Shown here: positions 10,706-21,172 of the stretch, piece by piece
Position numbering within the stretch: the first letter of the stretch is position 1
Layout: the number at the start of each line of letters is the position of its first letter
Assembly: GCA_949295935.1 (NCBI GenBank)
Contig: CASFMW010000002.1
Span: 290 to 64,289 of the forward strand
Origin: an uncultured Pseudomonadota bacterium
Lineage (GTDB): Bacteria; Pseudomonadota; Alphaproteobacteria; RF32; CAG-239
DNA: 64,000 nucleotides
Direction of reading: 5' to 3'
Notes under the pieces: model-generated
Database searches by the model: none
Told to the model about the DNA's origin: nothing
Seen by the model: only the letters and a program-made list of their open reading frames with translations
Made by a program: the position numbers and the translations under genes

Positions 10706-12892
10706 CTACATAAAGGAGTAAGGATCAATATCCACCTCAACCCGCACCCGAGGAGAATGAGACACGCGCGAAAGCCATGTCCGAATAACTTCTTGGATAT
10801 TAATGGTTCGCGCTGTTTTGAGCAGCAAGCGAAAACGATATTTTCCGCGCAGCATAAAGATTGGCGCCGGAGCCGGACCAAGCGTAGTAATCATATCGGT
10901 ATTTGGCGCACATTTTCCAAGAGAAACGGCTGTTTTTTCAACCATATCCTGATTATCACCGGAAACAATCAGCGCCGCTAATTTTCCAAAAGGCGGCAAC
11001 TTAAGCAACCGCCGACTTTGCTTTTCAAGCTCAATAAAAGAAGCACGATTATTGTCTAATAAGGCTTTCAAGACCGCATTTTCAGGATAAAGCGTTTGCA
11101 AATAGACCACACCTTTTTTAGCACCGCGACCGGCACGACCAGAAACCTGAGAAAGCAGCTGATAAGTCCGCTCTGAAGCGCGCAAGTCACTTCCCATCAA
11201 CCCCAAATCCGCATCAACGATTCCCACCACGGTCAAACTCGGAAAATTATGCCCTTTGGCTAGAATTTGCGTTCCGATAAGAATGTCAATTTCATGATTT
11301 TCCATCTTGCGAATAACTTCCGAAACCTCGGAAAGAGTTGAGGTAATATCGCTGGACAAGATACCTATTCGGGCCATTGGGAAGCGCTTTGAAACTTCTT
11401 CGGCAATCCGCTCTACCCCAGGGCCGCAAGCCGTAAGCCCTTCTTCGGCCCCACAAGACGGACAGCGAGGTGGAATAGAAGTCGTATAACCGCAGTGATG
11501 ACAAATCAACGACTTTGTTTTACGATGCTCGGTCAGCCAAGAAGTGCAGTTTGGACATTGGATTCGGTGGCCGCAATCACGACAGATTGTTAAAGGTGCA
11601 TACCCTCGCCGATTCAAAAACAGCATAGACTGCCCGCCGATTTCAAGATTATCGGCTAATGCTTTAACCAAGCTCGGCGACAACCAAGCTACAGACATTT
11701 GCCCTTTATCATTCGGAAATTTCTGCGGTTTATCTTTTTTAAGGTCGATAATTTTTACTGTCGGCAAAACCGCTTCGGCAAAACGAGAGTTCAATTTAAC
11801 ACTATCATATTTTCCCGATTCGACATTACAAATTGTTTCCAAATCCGGTGTCGCGGTAGATAAAATCAGCGGAATTTGCTCCATCTTGGCACGTACCACC
11901 GCCATATCGCGCCCTTGATAGTTCACCACATCTTCTTGTTTGAACGATGCATCATGACTTTCATCAATCACAATCAAACCCAAATCGGCATAAGGCAAAA
12001 ACAAAGACGAGCGCGCTCCGACCACAACCTTAGCCCGATTCTCAATAATTCCTTTCCACGTATCGATTCTCTCGCGTGTTCCCAAGGCCGAATGCCAGCA
12101 AGCCGGCTTAACACCAAACCTCTTTTCAAAACGACCAAGCCATTGCGTGGTTAAAGAAATTTCAGGCACCATGATTAAAACCTGCTTACCTTGCGCCAAA
12201 GCATCGGCCACGGCTTCAAAATAAACCTCGGTCTTACCCGAACCGGTCACCCCGTCAAGTAAAGTAACCGAAAACCCCTGCCCGACTTTTGAACAAAGCA
12301 AATCAGCAGCATCTTGCTGCTCAGATGTCAAATTCACTTTTGAAAAATCAGGATTCGGAGTACCAAAATCGCGTTTCAGAGCCACCACCTCCGGCACCAA
12401 CACACCGGCATCAATCATGGTTTTAATCACCGCCTGCCCAACACCGGCACCTTTGGCAATTTCCGCACGCGTGTAAGGATAATGCCGCAACAAATCCATC
12501 ACTCTCCAACGCGCATCAGAGTTTTTAAGCTTCGCCTCGGCTAAAGTTTTGCCCGAAAGTTTGTAAAGCGTTGTTGTTTTCTCATCATCAAACACTGCTT
12601 TAACACTCAGCACCATTTTTAGCACCAAGCCCAAATAAGCCATATTATAGCTTGCCACAAAGGCCACAAATTTCATTAACTCGGCAGACAATGGCGGCAT
12701 ATCAATCTTAGAGATAATCGGCTTGATTTTAGCCAGCGGCAAATCCGAATTTTTACCAAGCTTCCAGACCACACCGACCAAAACCTCACGCCCAAACGAC
12801 ACACGCACCATCTCGCCGAGAACCACATCACCCTCGACTTGATAGTCAAACACATCATTAAACGGCAGCGGAAGCAAAACGCCGACAATCAT
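10706..12892 (-). CDS. priA: Primosomal replication-restart helicase PriA (protein N')
   Basis: 728 aa. Walker A 'GVTGSGKTE', motif II 'VIDESHD', and a Cys-rich zinc region 'CRDCGHRIQCPNCTSWLTEH...CHHCGY...CPSCG'. Confidence 0.95.
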   Translation of the reverse strand: MIVGVLLPLPFNDVFDYQVEGDVVLGEMVRVSFGREVLVGVVWKLGKNSDLPLAKIKPIISKIDMPPLSAELMKFVAFVASYNMAYLGLVLKMVLSVKAVFDDEKTTTLYKLSGKTLAEAKLKNSDARWRVMDLLRHYPYTRAEIAKGAGVGQAVIKTMIDAGVLVPEVVALKRDFGTPNPDFSKVNLTSEQQDAADLLCSKVGQGFSVTLLDGVTGSGKTEVYFEAVADALAQGKQVLIMVPEISLTTQWLGRFEKRFGVKPACWHSALGTRERIDTWKGIIENRAKVVVGARSSLFLPYADLGLIVIDESHDASFKQEDVVNYQGRDMAVVRAKMEQIPLILSTATPDLETICNVESGKYDSVKLNSRFAEAVLPTVKIIDLKKDKPQKFPNDKGQMSVAWLSPSLVKALADNLEIGGQSMLFLNRRGYAPLTICRDCGHRIQCPNCTSWLTEHRKTKSLICHHCGYTTSIPPRCPSCGAEEGLTACGPGVERIAEEVSKRFPMARIGILSSDITSTLSEVSEVIRKMENHEIDILIGTQILAKGHNFPSLTVVGIVDADLGLMGSDLRASERTYQLLSQVSGRAGRGAKKGVVYLQTLYPENAVLKALLDNNRASFIELEKQSRRLLKLPPFGKLAALIVSGDNQDMVEKTAVSLGKCAPNTDMITTLGPAPAPIFMLRGKYRFRLLLKTARTINIQEVIRTWLSRVSHSPRVRVEVDIDPYSFM

Positions 12893-13005
12893 AAAAAAAC
12901 CTCACAAAAAATTTATCAAAGTATAAAACAAAAGAACCAAAGAACCAAGTGTAATCTCACTTTTCCGCAAACACTTTTTTAACCAAAACGAGATAGAATA
13001 AACTC

Positions 13006-13938
13006 ATGAAACAGGAAATAAAATATAATACCGACAATGAGTTAAAAGCCAAGATTGAGAAATGGCTTGAAGAATTGAGCTCAGAACGCCGCTATTCACC
13101 GCACACGATAGATGCCTACGCGCGCGATTTGTCATTCTTTACCGAATTTTTTGAAACACCGCTAAGCTTAAAAAAACTAAGCCGACTTGATGTCAAAGAC
13201 TTCAGGGCTTATATCAGCCGTCGTGCGGCCAAACATTTAAGCAAAAGCTCTCTAGCGCGAGAAATCTCAACTCTAAGAAGTTTTTTTCGTTGGCTGGATA
13301 AAAATGATATTGTTAAAAACACCGCCATTGATGTGATTAACTCCCCAAGGCAAGACAAGATACTTCCGCGTTCATTAGATGTTTCACAAGCTTTTGAACT
13401 ATTGAATGAATCCCCCAACTTTTCAAAAAAGAGCTGGACAGGCCTCCGTGACCGCGCCATTTTCACATTACTTTACGGCTGCGGCCTACGAATATCAGAA
13501 GCCCTGTCCCTAAATTTTGGTGATATTGAGCCCAACACTCAGCTTTTAAGAATTACCGGTAAAGGCAATAAAACAAGATTAGTTCCGATACTTTCTGAGG
13601 TTATTGACACTATCACCGCCTATATCAACGAATGCCCTTATAATTTTAACCAAGGAGATGCTTTATTTTTGGGCACGCGCGGCGAACGTCTAAGCCCACG
13701 CATAATACAGCGCCAAATGCAAAAGATAAGAGCTTATCTCGGTTTACCGGATAATTTGACGCCCCATGCCCTAAGGCATTCCTTTGCCACACATTTACTG
13801 GCCGAAGGCACTGACCTGCGCTCAATTCAAGAGCTTTTGGGCCATGCCTCATTAACCACCACCCAGCGCTATACAGATGTTGAAATTGAAACCTTACAAA
13901 AAGAATATCGCAAAGCACGGCTTCTTGATGACAAATAA
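13006..13938 (+). CDS. Tyrosine recombinase, XerC/XerD family
   Basis: 310 aa. It has an N-terminal SAM-like core-binding domain, the catalytic region 'HALRHSFATHLLAEGTDLRSIQELLGHASLTTTQRYTDV', and the R..HxxR..Y signature. I cannot separate XerC from XerD by eye. Confidence 0.9.
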   Translation: MKQEIKYNTDNELKAKIEKWLEELSSERRYSPHTIDAYARDLSFFTEFFETPLSLKKLSRLDVKDFRAYISRRAAKHLSKSSLAREISTLRSFFRWLDKNDIVKNTAIDVINSPRQDKILPRSLDVSQAFELLNESPNFSKKSWTGLRDRAIFTLLYGCGLRISEALSLNFGDIEPNTQLLRITGKGNKTRLVPILSEVIDTITAYINECPYNFNQGDALFLGTRGERLSPRIIQRQMQKIRAYLGLPDNLTPHALRHSFATHLLAEGTDLRSIQELLGHASLTTTQRYTDVEIETLQKEYRKARLLDDK

Positions 13939-13992
13939 CCTTCTTTATAAAAAATCCTAACCGGACAGCTAAGGTATAAAAACAAAAAAAAA

Positions 13993-14019
13993 GCCGGCGG
14001 AAAACATTTTCTCCACCGA
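13993..14019. terminator. Possible bidirectional terminator (xer / rpmG convergent)
   Basis: Imperfect hairpin cggcggaaaa...ttttctccaccg, flanked by an A-run upstream and T-rich sequence downstream. Confidence 0.4.
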
Positions 14020-14050
14020 CACTTTTCTTCACGAAAAAACAAACGAGAAA

Positions 14051-14218
14051 TTACTTTAACTTTTTCTCAACGAACTCTTCATGCTTTTTAGACTTCTTGT
14101 CATATTTTTTCAAAGTCAGTTTTTCAGGATGAGTTCTTGGATTTTTTTCAGCCAGATAAAAAGTGCCTGTACCGGCGGTGCTTTCCAATTTAACTTTAAC
14201 TTTAACTGCTTTAGCCAT
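14051..14218 (-). CDS. rpmG: 50S ribosomal protein L33
   Basis: Not in the ORF track because it is under 60 aa. The minus strand translates to MAKAVKVKVKLESTAGTGTFYLAEKNPRTHPEKLTLKKYDKKSKKHEEFVEKKLK (55 aa), a typical L33. Confidence 0.9.
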   Translation of the reverse strand: MAKAVKVKVKLESTAGTGTFYLAEKNPRTHPEKLTLKKYDKKSKKHEEFVEKKLK

Positions 14219-14312
14219 TTTCAATACTCTTTTCTAAAAGATTACAAAACAAACATTTGAGCGTAATATACATAAAATTAGATGAATGTCAACCCTAATT
14301 TTGCAAAAAAGG

Positions 14313-15434
14313 CTATTTTACGTTCAGATTCGCCAAAAGAAAGCTTTTGGCAAGGTCAATATCAATACGCCTGTCACCGCGAACCTCTTTCGGGCAAACC
14401 GAAAACTCTTGCATTACATCATCAAGCTTGGCCGAGTCTTTAGCGCGATACAAACAAACATCGGGCAAAATGCCAACACCATTTATCTCCTTTCCCGAGG
14501 GCGAATAAACATAAGCATTGGTCAAAAGCATTTTGTTATCATCGGGCAAAGAAACAATATTTTGCACAGTGCCTTTACCATAGGTCTGCGTTCCCCAAAC
14601 GGTTGCCAAAGCATTTTCCTGCATGGCTGAGGCAAACACCTCGGCAGAAGAAGCCGTTGCGGCATCAACCAAAATCACCATCGGCACACCGGCAATCACA
14701 CCGCTTTCATCTGCCATAAAGACGGCTTTATCGGACTGATTTTTCCCTTTTGTAACCGCAATCACACCATAATTCATAAACAACTTAGCCGTATCAATAG
14801 CTGCGGCTAAAGCCCCACCCTTGCAGTCGCGCAAATCAATAATAATTGCTTTAAGCAAAAACTGATTCTGCATAAGAGCATTTTTAACATTCTGCGGCGT
14901 AATTTTGGTAAATGCTTTAATTTTTATATAGAGGACATCACCATCCAACATTCTCGCGGCAAAATCGCGAGAAAAGCGCAATTTCTCATCATCGGGAAAA
15001 AGCGCAGACAAATATTTTGAATTTCCATCAAGGGAAGAAACCGCTTTTTTGAGCATAACATCCATAAGCTCAAAGTCTTTGCTTTTAATCACGGGAGAAG
15101 CTACTTTCGCTGCATCAACTGACTTCAATACCAAACGCACCCAAGCGTTGACATCATATTGCTTCTGTCCGGAAGGTTTTTGAATACTGCGAAAAACTTT
15201 AGAGTTATAATAAAGTGTTACGCGAGATTTATCATCTGCCACTATAAGATTGGGATCAATCTGGGTCAACCCCTGCAAGGCAGCAATTGAAAAAGAATCA
15301 TATCCTGTCTGCCCCAAAAAAGAATCATGCACTTCTTGCATAACCTCTGTCAGCAACGCGCGATTGTCCGCCCTCGCTTCAGCGGAAAAAAATAAAGAAC
15401 CCAAACTCAAAACTAAGAAACAGAGCAGTCGCAT
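14313..15434 (-). CDS. S41-family peptidase (C-terminal processing protease-like), secreted
   Basis: 373 aa with signal peptide 'MRLLCFLVLSLGSLFFSAEA'. The S41 core reads 'IIDLRDCKGG' ... 'VILVDAATASSAEVFASAMQ...GTQTYGKGTVQ'. Confidence 0.8.
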   Translation of the reverse strand: MRLLCFLVLSLGSLFFSAEARADNRALLTEVMQEVHDSFLGQTGYDSFSIAALQGLTQIDPNLIVADDKSRVTLYYNSKVFRSIQKPSGQKQYDVNAWVRLVLKSVDAAKVASPVIKSKDFELMDVMLKKAVSSLDGNSKYLSALFPDDEKLRFSRDFAARMLDGDVLYIKIKAFTKITPQNVKNALMQNQFLLKAIIIDLRDCKGGALAAAIDTAKLFMNYGVIAVTKGKNQSDKAVFMADESGVIAGVPMVILVDAATASSAEVFASAMQENALATVWGTQTYGKGTVQNIVSLPDDNKMLLTNAYVYSPSGKEINGVGILPDVCLYRAKDSAKLDDVMQEFSVCPKEVRGDRRIDIDLAKSFLLANLNVK

Positions 15435-15519
15435 ATTGCCTCAACAAACAGATATATCTTTATCTTATGTAGCGGATAAGCACCAAAGACGCAAGCACGG
15501 AAAGCAAACAATCCACCGC

Positions 15520-16311
15520 TCATTTAAAAACGGCAACCAACGGCGCATGATCAGAAGGTTTGTCACCACTGCGGGTCTGTCGGTCAACATAACAAGCATC
15601 CAGAGCATCAACCGCCTTAGCAGACAGGAGCAAATAATCGATTCTCATCCCCTGATCCATTGCTAAAGCACTTCCGGCATAATCCCAATAAGTATAGCCG
15701 ACCTCCGTCGGATGAAGGCTACGATATGCATCATAATATCCAAGATATTCAATAGCTTTGAGCCGCTGCTTAACTTCTTCTCTAAACAAAGCATTATTGC
15801 GAAACATCTCGGGATTATAAACATCAAAATCAGTCAAAATCACATTATAATCCCCACCCAGAATAACTTTTTTGCCGCTTTCTAACAACTGTGCCGCCCG
15901 CGCATAAAAAGCATTCATCCAATTAAGCTTATACACAAACTTTGATTCGTCATCAGGATTATTATAAGGCGGATTACCATTCGGCAAATAAAGCGATGCC
16001 ACCCGAACCACATCGCCCTCAACTATAACATCTGCTTCAATATAGCGCGCGTTTTCATCATCAAACTTCGGCAATCCTTCAATCACGTTCAAAATCTTGT
16101 GCGGACTGAGTATCGCCACGCCGTTATAGCTTTTCTGGCCGATAAATTTAACATTATATCCGGCTGAGTTCAGCTCAAACAACGGAAAATCATTAAAACT
16201 ACATTTAATTTCCTGCAACATAAGGATATCCGGCTTTTCTCGCGCTAAAAACGCAAGCAAATTCGGCAACCGCGCATTGATAGAATTAACGTTATACGTA
16301 GCAACTTTCAT
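15520..16311 (-). CDS. xthA: Exodeoxyribonuclease III
   Basis: 263 aa. 'MKVATYNVNSINARL...PDILMLQEIK' and the C-terminal 'SDHAPLVAVF' are typical of the EEP-family Xth/APE nucleases. Confidence 0.92.
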   Translation of the reverse strand: MKVATYNVNSINARLPNLLAFLAREKPDILMLQEIKCSFNDFPLFELNSAGYNVKFIGQKSYNGVAILSPHKILNVIEGLPKFDDENARYIEADVIVEGDVVRVASLYLPNGNPPYNNPDDESKFVYKLNWMNAFYARAAQLLESGKKVILGGDYNVILTDFDVYNPEMFRNNALFREEVKQRLKAIEYLGYYDAYRSLHPTEVGYTYWDYAGSALAMDQGMRIDYLLLSAKAVDALDACYVDRQTRSGDKPSDHAPLVAVFK

Positions 16312-16378
16312 ATCTTAACCTTTAATAAATGATAATTGAGTATAAAACAAATAAAGCAAAAGGAAAGGAAAAAAAGCG

Positions 16379-17536
16379 ATGAAGTTAGCAACTTATGCCA
16401 CCAAGGCCGAAAACAGCAAAGGAAGAATGTATCCGGACTTCCCGATTGTCAACCGCTCTCCTTTTCAAAGAGATCGAGACCGACTAATTCACTCAGCTTC
16501 TTTCAGAAGACTTGACGGTAAGACTCAAGTATTTGCCTACCACGAAGGCCGAAACTATCGCACACGACTGACTCACAGCATCGAGGTATCGCAAATCACT
16601 CGCACCTTATGCAAAAGCCTTAATTTAAATGAAGAATTAGGCGAAGCCATTGCTCTGGCTCATGATTTGGGACACTCTCCTTTTGGCCATGCCGGCGAAA
16701 GAGCACTGCAAAATGCCATGAAAAACTTCGGCGGTTTTGATCATAATATCAATTCGCTTAAAATTATCACCAAGCTTGAAGAACGCTATCCCGAATTTCC
16801 GGGACTGAATCTGACCTGGGAAACCATCGAAGCTACAGTTAAGCACCACGGACCGATGAAAAAAATAGAGTCTCAATACTTAAAAGACTTCAACAAAAAA
16901 TTTGATTTGGATTTAAAGAATTATCCGTCGCTTGAAGGCCAGGTCGGTGCCATAGCCGATGACATTGCTTACAACAATCATGACATTGATGACGGTTTCC
17001 GCGCCGGATTTTTCACTCTGGAACAATTAAGAGAGCTTCCGTTTATTGATAAAATCGTTACTACATTTAACAAAAAATATCCTAACGTTACCAACCCTGA
17101 AATAAAAATCTACGGCATCACCCGCAGCCTCATCGCTCAAATGATATTTGACGTTATGGACAATGCCAAAAACAACATAAAAACTTATAAAATCGAAACA
17201 CCGGAAGATGCGCGCAAACAAAAGCTTTTTATCATTGACTTTTCAGATTCGATGAAACAAAACATCAAAAAACTCAGAAGTTTTCTTAAAGAAAATTTCT
17301 ACACCACCACACCGATTGCCCGCATGGACATGAAATCTCAGCGCTTGGTCGAAGAACTATTCGGATTATTTATGGAAAATCCCAAACTTCTGCCCATGGA
17401 TATCAGAAAAAAACTTTCTGCCAAGAGCAAAGATAAAGAACTGGCAGAAACCATTTGCGATTACATTGCCAACATGACCGACATCATGGCAATTGAAGAA
17501 CACACGCGCCTTTTTGATCCAAACACACGATTTTAA
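16379..17536 (+). CDS. dgt: dGTPase-like deoxyguanosinetriphosphate triphosphohydrolase (HD domain)
   Basis: 385 aa. 'RDRDRLIHSASFRRLDGKTQVF', 'RTRLTHSIEVSQITR' and 'AHDLGHSPFGHAGE'. Confidence 0.9.
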   Translation: MKLATYATKAENSKGRMYPDFPIVNRSPFQRDRDRLIHSASFRRLDGKTQVFAYHEGRNYRTRLTHSIEVSQITRTLCKSLNLNEELGEAIALAHDLGHSPFGHAGERALQNAMKNFGGFDHNINSLKIITKLEERYPEFPGLNLTWETIEATVKHHGPMKKIESQYLKDFNKKFDLDLKNYPSLEGQVGAIADDIAYNNHDIDDGFRAGFFTLEQLRELPFIDKIVTTFNKKYPNVTNPEIKIYGITRSLIAQMIFDVMDNAKNNIKTYKIETPEDARKQKLFIIDFSDSMKQNIKKLRSFLKENFYTTTPIARMDMKSQRLVEELFGLFMENPKLLPMDIRKKLSAKSKDKELAETICDYIANMTDIMAIEEHTRLFDPNTRF

Positions 17537-17613
17537 GCCGCGTTAAGGTATTATAAATGATTCGGAAATATACTGTAAAAAATTAAATTTAATTCTAAAG
17601 AGGAATAGCAACA

Positions 17614-18615
17614 ATGTTTCAAGAGTTTCCTGAAGATAACACAACAGATAATTATCTAAACGAACGCCGTCAAAAAATTGCGGAAGAAGGCTTCATGAGC
17701 TACGAAGAACATCGCAATGACTTAAAACGCTCACGTAGTGTATTTATCGGAGCAGTTTCAGGCTTGGCTCTTGCAGCAGTTGTCGGATGGTTTGCCCTTT
17801 CACCACGTTATGCTGTTGAAAACGCCACCCAGATTCCAACCATACGTCGTCCGCAAACAGCCGTAAAAGTAAAACCGGAAAACCCCGGCGGCATGGAAAT
17901 TTTAAACCAAGACAAAACTGTCTATGATATTATAGAAAAAGAACCACAAAAAGCAGAGGTTGAGAGTGTTCTTCCGCCTCCGGAACAACCGATTCTCCCA
18001 ACTATAAATGCTGAAACGATTCAAGCTCAGGCAGAAGCCACTGCAGAGCAAGTAAACACAACGGCCGAACTTCCGCCTGTTGCAGAAAGCAAAACCGTCG
18101 CAACCGCTGAAGTCAAAACAGTTGTAGCCCCCAAAGCCGTTGTAAACGAAGTTGCTGAACAAAAATTACCAACCATTAAAGAAGCCTCGGTCGCCCAAAA
18201 TGAGCCAAAAGAAATTAAAGCTCCGACAGCACCCAAAGAAATAAAAGCAGCTGCACAACCGATTGCAGCCAAACCAACAGAAGCTGTTTCAAAATCAACC
18301 GCCAGCATCTTAGAAAATATTGCACAAAACAAAACAGCAGAACCAACTTCTCAGGCAGCAGCCAAAGGCGGTGACTGGCAAGTACAGCTAATGTCTTCGC
18401 CGAATCAAAAAGCTGTTAACAGCGCATGGAGCGGCTTAGTCAAAAAGCATCCGCAGTTGGCTTCAGAACCTCACGAGGTTGAAACCGCAGACTTAGGCTC
18501 TAAAGGAATTTACTATCGCCTCAAAGCCGGTGCATTCTCAAGCCGTGACGGCGCAGATAAATTGTGCAATTCAATCAAAGCTCAAGGCGGCAGCTGCATT
18601 GTAAAGAAAAAATAA
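17614..18615 (+). CDS. SPOR domain-containing membrane protein
   Basis: 333 aa. One TM segment (VFIGAVSGLALAAVVGWFAL), an Ala/Pro/Lys/Glu-rich linker, and a C-terminal SPOR-like 'WQVQLMSSPNQKAV...YYRLKAGAFSSRDGADKLCNSIKAQGGSCIV'. Confidence 0.8.
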   Translation: MFQEFPEDNTTDNYLNERRQKIAEEGFMSYEEHRNDLKRSRSVFIGAVSGLALAAVVGWFALSPRYAVENATQIPTIRRPQTAVKVKPENPGGMEILNQDKTVYDIIEKEPQKAEVESVLPPPEQPILPTINAETIQAQAEATAEQVNTTAELPPVAESKTVATAEVKTVVAPKAVVNEVAEQKLPTIKEASVAQNEPKEIKAPTAPKEIKAAAQPIAAKPTEAVSKSTASILENIAQNKTAEPTSQAAAKGGDWQVQLMSSPNQKAVNSAWSGLVKKHPQLASEPHEVETADLGSKGIYYRLKAGAFSSRDGADKLCNSIKAQGGSCIVKKK

Positions 18616-18616
18616 A

Positions 18617-19279
18617 ATGAACTTACTGATACAAACAGGCGTTACTTTCATTCCCGCACTTATTGCCATCATTGCTCATGAAGTTGCTCATGGCTGGATG
18701 GCAGTCAAGCTTGGGGATGATACCGCCCAAAGAGCCGGAAGATTATCATTAAATCCGATAAATCACATAGATGCTGTCGGCACTATCATTCTCCCAGCTC
18801 TTCTGATAATGGCACATACCGGATTAATTTTCGGTTGGGCACGTCCGGTTCCGATTGATTATCGCAACTTTTCAAAACCCAAAAGAGACATCATTTTGGT
18901 TGCCTCTGCCGGAATTATGATGAACATATATTTGGCCGTTATCGGAGCACTGATGAGTTATCTTTGCTCATTTATTCCATCACCGAATATCCAACTTTTC
19001 TGCACAATATTTTTCATCAACTTTATGATATTTAACATCATTTTGGCAGTATTTAATGCCCTTCCGATTCCTCCGTTAGACGGCTCAAAAATTCTTTTTG
19101 GCTGGAACAACAAAGAATGGGCACAGAAATATGTTAATGCAGAAAAAGAAGGCATGATAGCAATCATCGCACTGGCATTTGTTATTCCTCTTTTGCTGCA
19201 AAGCTTTGGTATAAATTTTGACTTATTCGGCTGGTACATCAGAAACATGACAAGAATCATAAGCTCAATTTTGATGTAA
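18617..19279 (+). CDS. Site-2 protease family (M50) membrane metalloprotease
   Basis: 220 aa, polytopic. Has the 'HEVAHG' zinc motif and 'NALPIPPLDGSK'. Confidence 0.85.
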   Translation: MNLLIQTGVTFIPALIAIIAHEVAHGWMAVKLGDDTAQRAGRLSLNPINHIDAVGTIILPALLIMAHTGLIFGWARPVPIDYRNFSKPKRDIILVASAGIMMNIYLAVIGALMSYLCSFIPSPNIQLFCTIFFINFMIFNIILAVFNALPIPPLDGSKILFGWNNKEWAQKYVNAEKEGMIAIIALAFVIPLLLQSFGINFDLFGWYIRNMTRIISSILM

Positions 19280-19287
19280 GGATAATC

Positions 19288-20361
19288 ATGACAAAAGAAA
19301 TCGGAGCTGCTTTATTATCACTTTCCGGCTTTGAGCTAACTTTGCAGGAAAAAGAGCTCATAAAAGCAGCTAATCCGCTCGGATTTTGCTTTTTTGGCAG
19401 AAACATCAAAGACCGAAAGCAGCTCCGCCATTTCACTACAGAAATTTCCGACCTTTTACAAAGAGACGATATCATCTTTGCCATAGATCAAGAAGGCGGC
19501 CGCGTTAGACGCCTCCATGAGCCCGAATTTAACGCTTATGCTAGCCAACAAACCATCGGCCGACTTTATACGGAAACCTCCCCCGAAACAGCTAAAAAAG
19601 CAGCTCAACTTCATGCTGAGCTGATTAGCCAAGATCTAAAAGATTGCGGCATAAACATGAACTTAGCACCGATTTTAGATATCGGACATAAAGAAACCAC
19701 GGCTGCCGTTGCCAGTCGTTGCTTTTCATCTTCGGCAACGATTGTTTCCGAACTTGGAAAAATAATAGTAGACGAATACATCAAAAACGGCATAATCCCT
19801 TGCATCAAACATCTCCCCGGGCATGGGCGTGCCGCCGTTGATCCACATTTAGCGCTTCCGCTTATATCGCAACCTCTTGAAAAATTAGAAGAAGACTTCA
19901 CCCCATTCAAAAAACTAAATGATTGTCCTTGTGGGATGACAGCCCATGTTATCGTAAAAGAAATCGATTCTGAAAATCCAATAACCTTAAGTCCTTCCGG
20001 AATAAAAGAATTGATTAGAAAGCATATTGGATTTAATGGATTTCTATTTTCAGATGCCATTGAAATGCACGCCTTAAGCGGCAGCTTAAGCAGCCGCGGA
20101 CAAAAAAGCTTAGACTCAGGCTGTGACGCATATTGCTATAGCCGCGGAGACATAAATGAACTCAAAGAACTTTGTGCCAAACTCCCTCCGTTAAGACAAG
20201 ACAGCAAAGCACGATTTGATTCCATGAAAAAAATCCTAAAAAACAAAACCTCAAGCACCAATAAAGATGCCCGTCACGACTATGAAAGCCTGCTAAACAA
20301 CATTACTCCTTATGAAGAAAGCTACGATTCAACACTGGTATTGATGCAAATGAACAAATAA
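19288..20361 (+). CDS. nagZ: Beta-N-acetylhexosaminidase (GH3, NagZ-like)
   Basis: 357 aa. 'IDQEGGRVRRL', 'KHLPGHGRAAVDPHL' and 'FSDAIEMHAL' are typical GH3 NagZ motifs. Confidence 0.88.
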   Translation: MTKEIGAALLSLSGFELTLQEKELIKAANPLGFCFFGRNIKDRKQLRHFTTEISDLLQRDDIIFAIDQEGGRVRRLHEPEFNAYASQQTIGRLYTETSPETAKKAAQLHAELISQDLKDCGINMNLAPILDIGHKETTAAVASRCFSSSATIVSELGKIIVDEYIKNGIIPCIKHLPGHGRAAVDPHLALPLISQPLEKLEEDFTPFKKLNDCPCGMTAHVIVKEIDSENPITLSPSGIKELIRKHIGFNGFLFSDAIEMHALSGSLSSRGQKSLDSGCDAYCYSRGDINELKELCAKLPPLRQDSKARFDSMKKILKNKTSSTNKDARHDYESLLNNITPYEESYDSTLVLMQMNK

Positions 20362-20455
20362 TAAATTATTTCAATAATATATACCATTTTTTTATAGCAT
20401 TTTATAAAAAAACGTGATAAGATGATAAAAGAAAATCAGAAACACGGAGAGTGCT

Positions 20456-20914
20456 ATGAATATATCCGCTACCAGAAGAGTATCCGGTTCATCAAGCACC
20501 AGAAAGGCCTCAAGCTCCCGTGCAAGTAAGAGTACAGGCTCTTTCAATGCTAATGAACAGAATGTTGAAATGATAGACGTCTCAAACAAAGTGCAGGTTA
20601 ATGCTGACACTTATAATGATGAGCGAGGTCAAAAAAATAAAGAAAAATCTTCTAAAGAAAAAACTGATAAAAACTTAATCAGTCAAAACACCTATGTCCC
20701 CGGTGCGGTTGAAGCCTTAACCGCAAACGGAGTCTATGACGGTTCAAGCGCAGCCGGCCGCAGTCAAAACCAAAAAGTCGGCGTTTATAATACCAATCAA
20801 AATATCTACGACCGAGAAGAAAACGCCGAACTCGACCGCTATTATAACGAAAATTACGTTAAACACCTTTACGAAAAAAACGAACCCTTGGAAGAAATTG
20901 ACGAGCTTGTATAA
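20456..20914 (+). CDS. Hypothetical protein (Ser-rich N-terminus)
   Basis: 152-aa ORF followed by a hairpin terminator. No recognisable domain. Confidence 0.45.
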   Translation: MNISATRRVSGSSSTRKASSSRASKSTGSFNANEQNVEMIDVSNKVQVNADTYNDERGQKNKEKSSKEKTDKNLISQNTYVPGAVEALTANGVYDGSSAAGRSQNQKVGVYNTNQNIYDREENAELDRYYNENYVKHLYEKNEPLEEIDELV

Positions 20915-20916
20915 AG

Positions 20917-20940
20917 AAAGCGCCTCAAATGAGGCGCTTT
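20917..20940. terminator. Hairpin terminator shared by the 20456 ORF (+) and tRNA-His (-)
   Basis: aaagcgcctc-aaat-gaggcgcttt, a perfect 10-bp stem. Confidence 0.55.
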
Positions 20941-20944
20941 AATC

Positions 20945-21021
20945 TGGGGCGAACGATCGGGCTCGAACCGACGACAACCGGTACCACAAACCGGGGCTCT
21001 ACCAACTGAGCTACGTTCGCC
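20945..21021 (-). tRNA. tRNA-His (anticodon GTG)
   Basis: 77 nt, folded by hand. G-1 lies opposite C73. Acceptor GCGAACG/CGTTCGC, D-stem GCTC/GAGC, anticodon stem CCGGT/ACCGG with loop TTGTGGT, T-arm GTCGG-TTCGAGC-CCGAT, and an encoded CCA. Confidence 0.93.
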
Positions 21022-21172
21022 ATAACAACAAAACTTATTTACAAATAAAAGAAAAAAAAGTCAAGCATAAAAAATCACAAAACATTATTTTTTATTGTCC
21101 CGTTATTAACACTTTATTTTATATTTCAGAATTACAATAGCTCAAATCATAAAATACGGGAAATAAAAATTT

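Noticed and set aside
13006-13938. The tyrosine recombinase as an integrase marking a mobile element
   Set aside because: It has XerC/XerD length and motifs and is flanked by core genes (priA, rpmG). No direct repeats or cargo genes were seen. I interpret it as the chromosome dimer-resolution recombinase.
20945-21021. tRNA-His as an integration site for a genomic island
   Set aside because: No integrase is adjacent, I noticed no duplicated tRNA 3' end, and the neighbouring genes (nagZ side, PBP5/mipZ side) are housekeeping.
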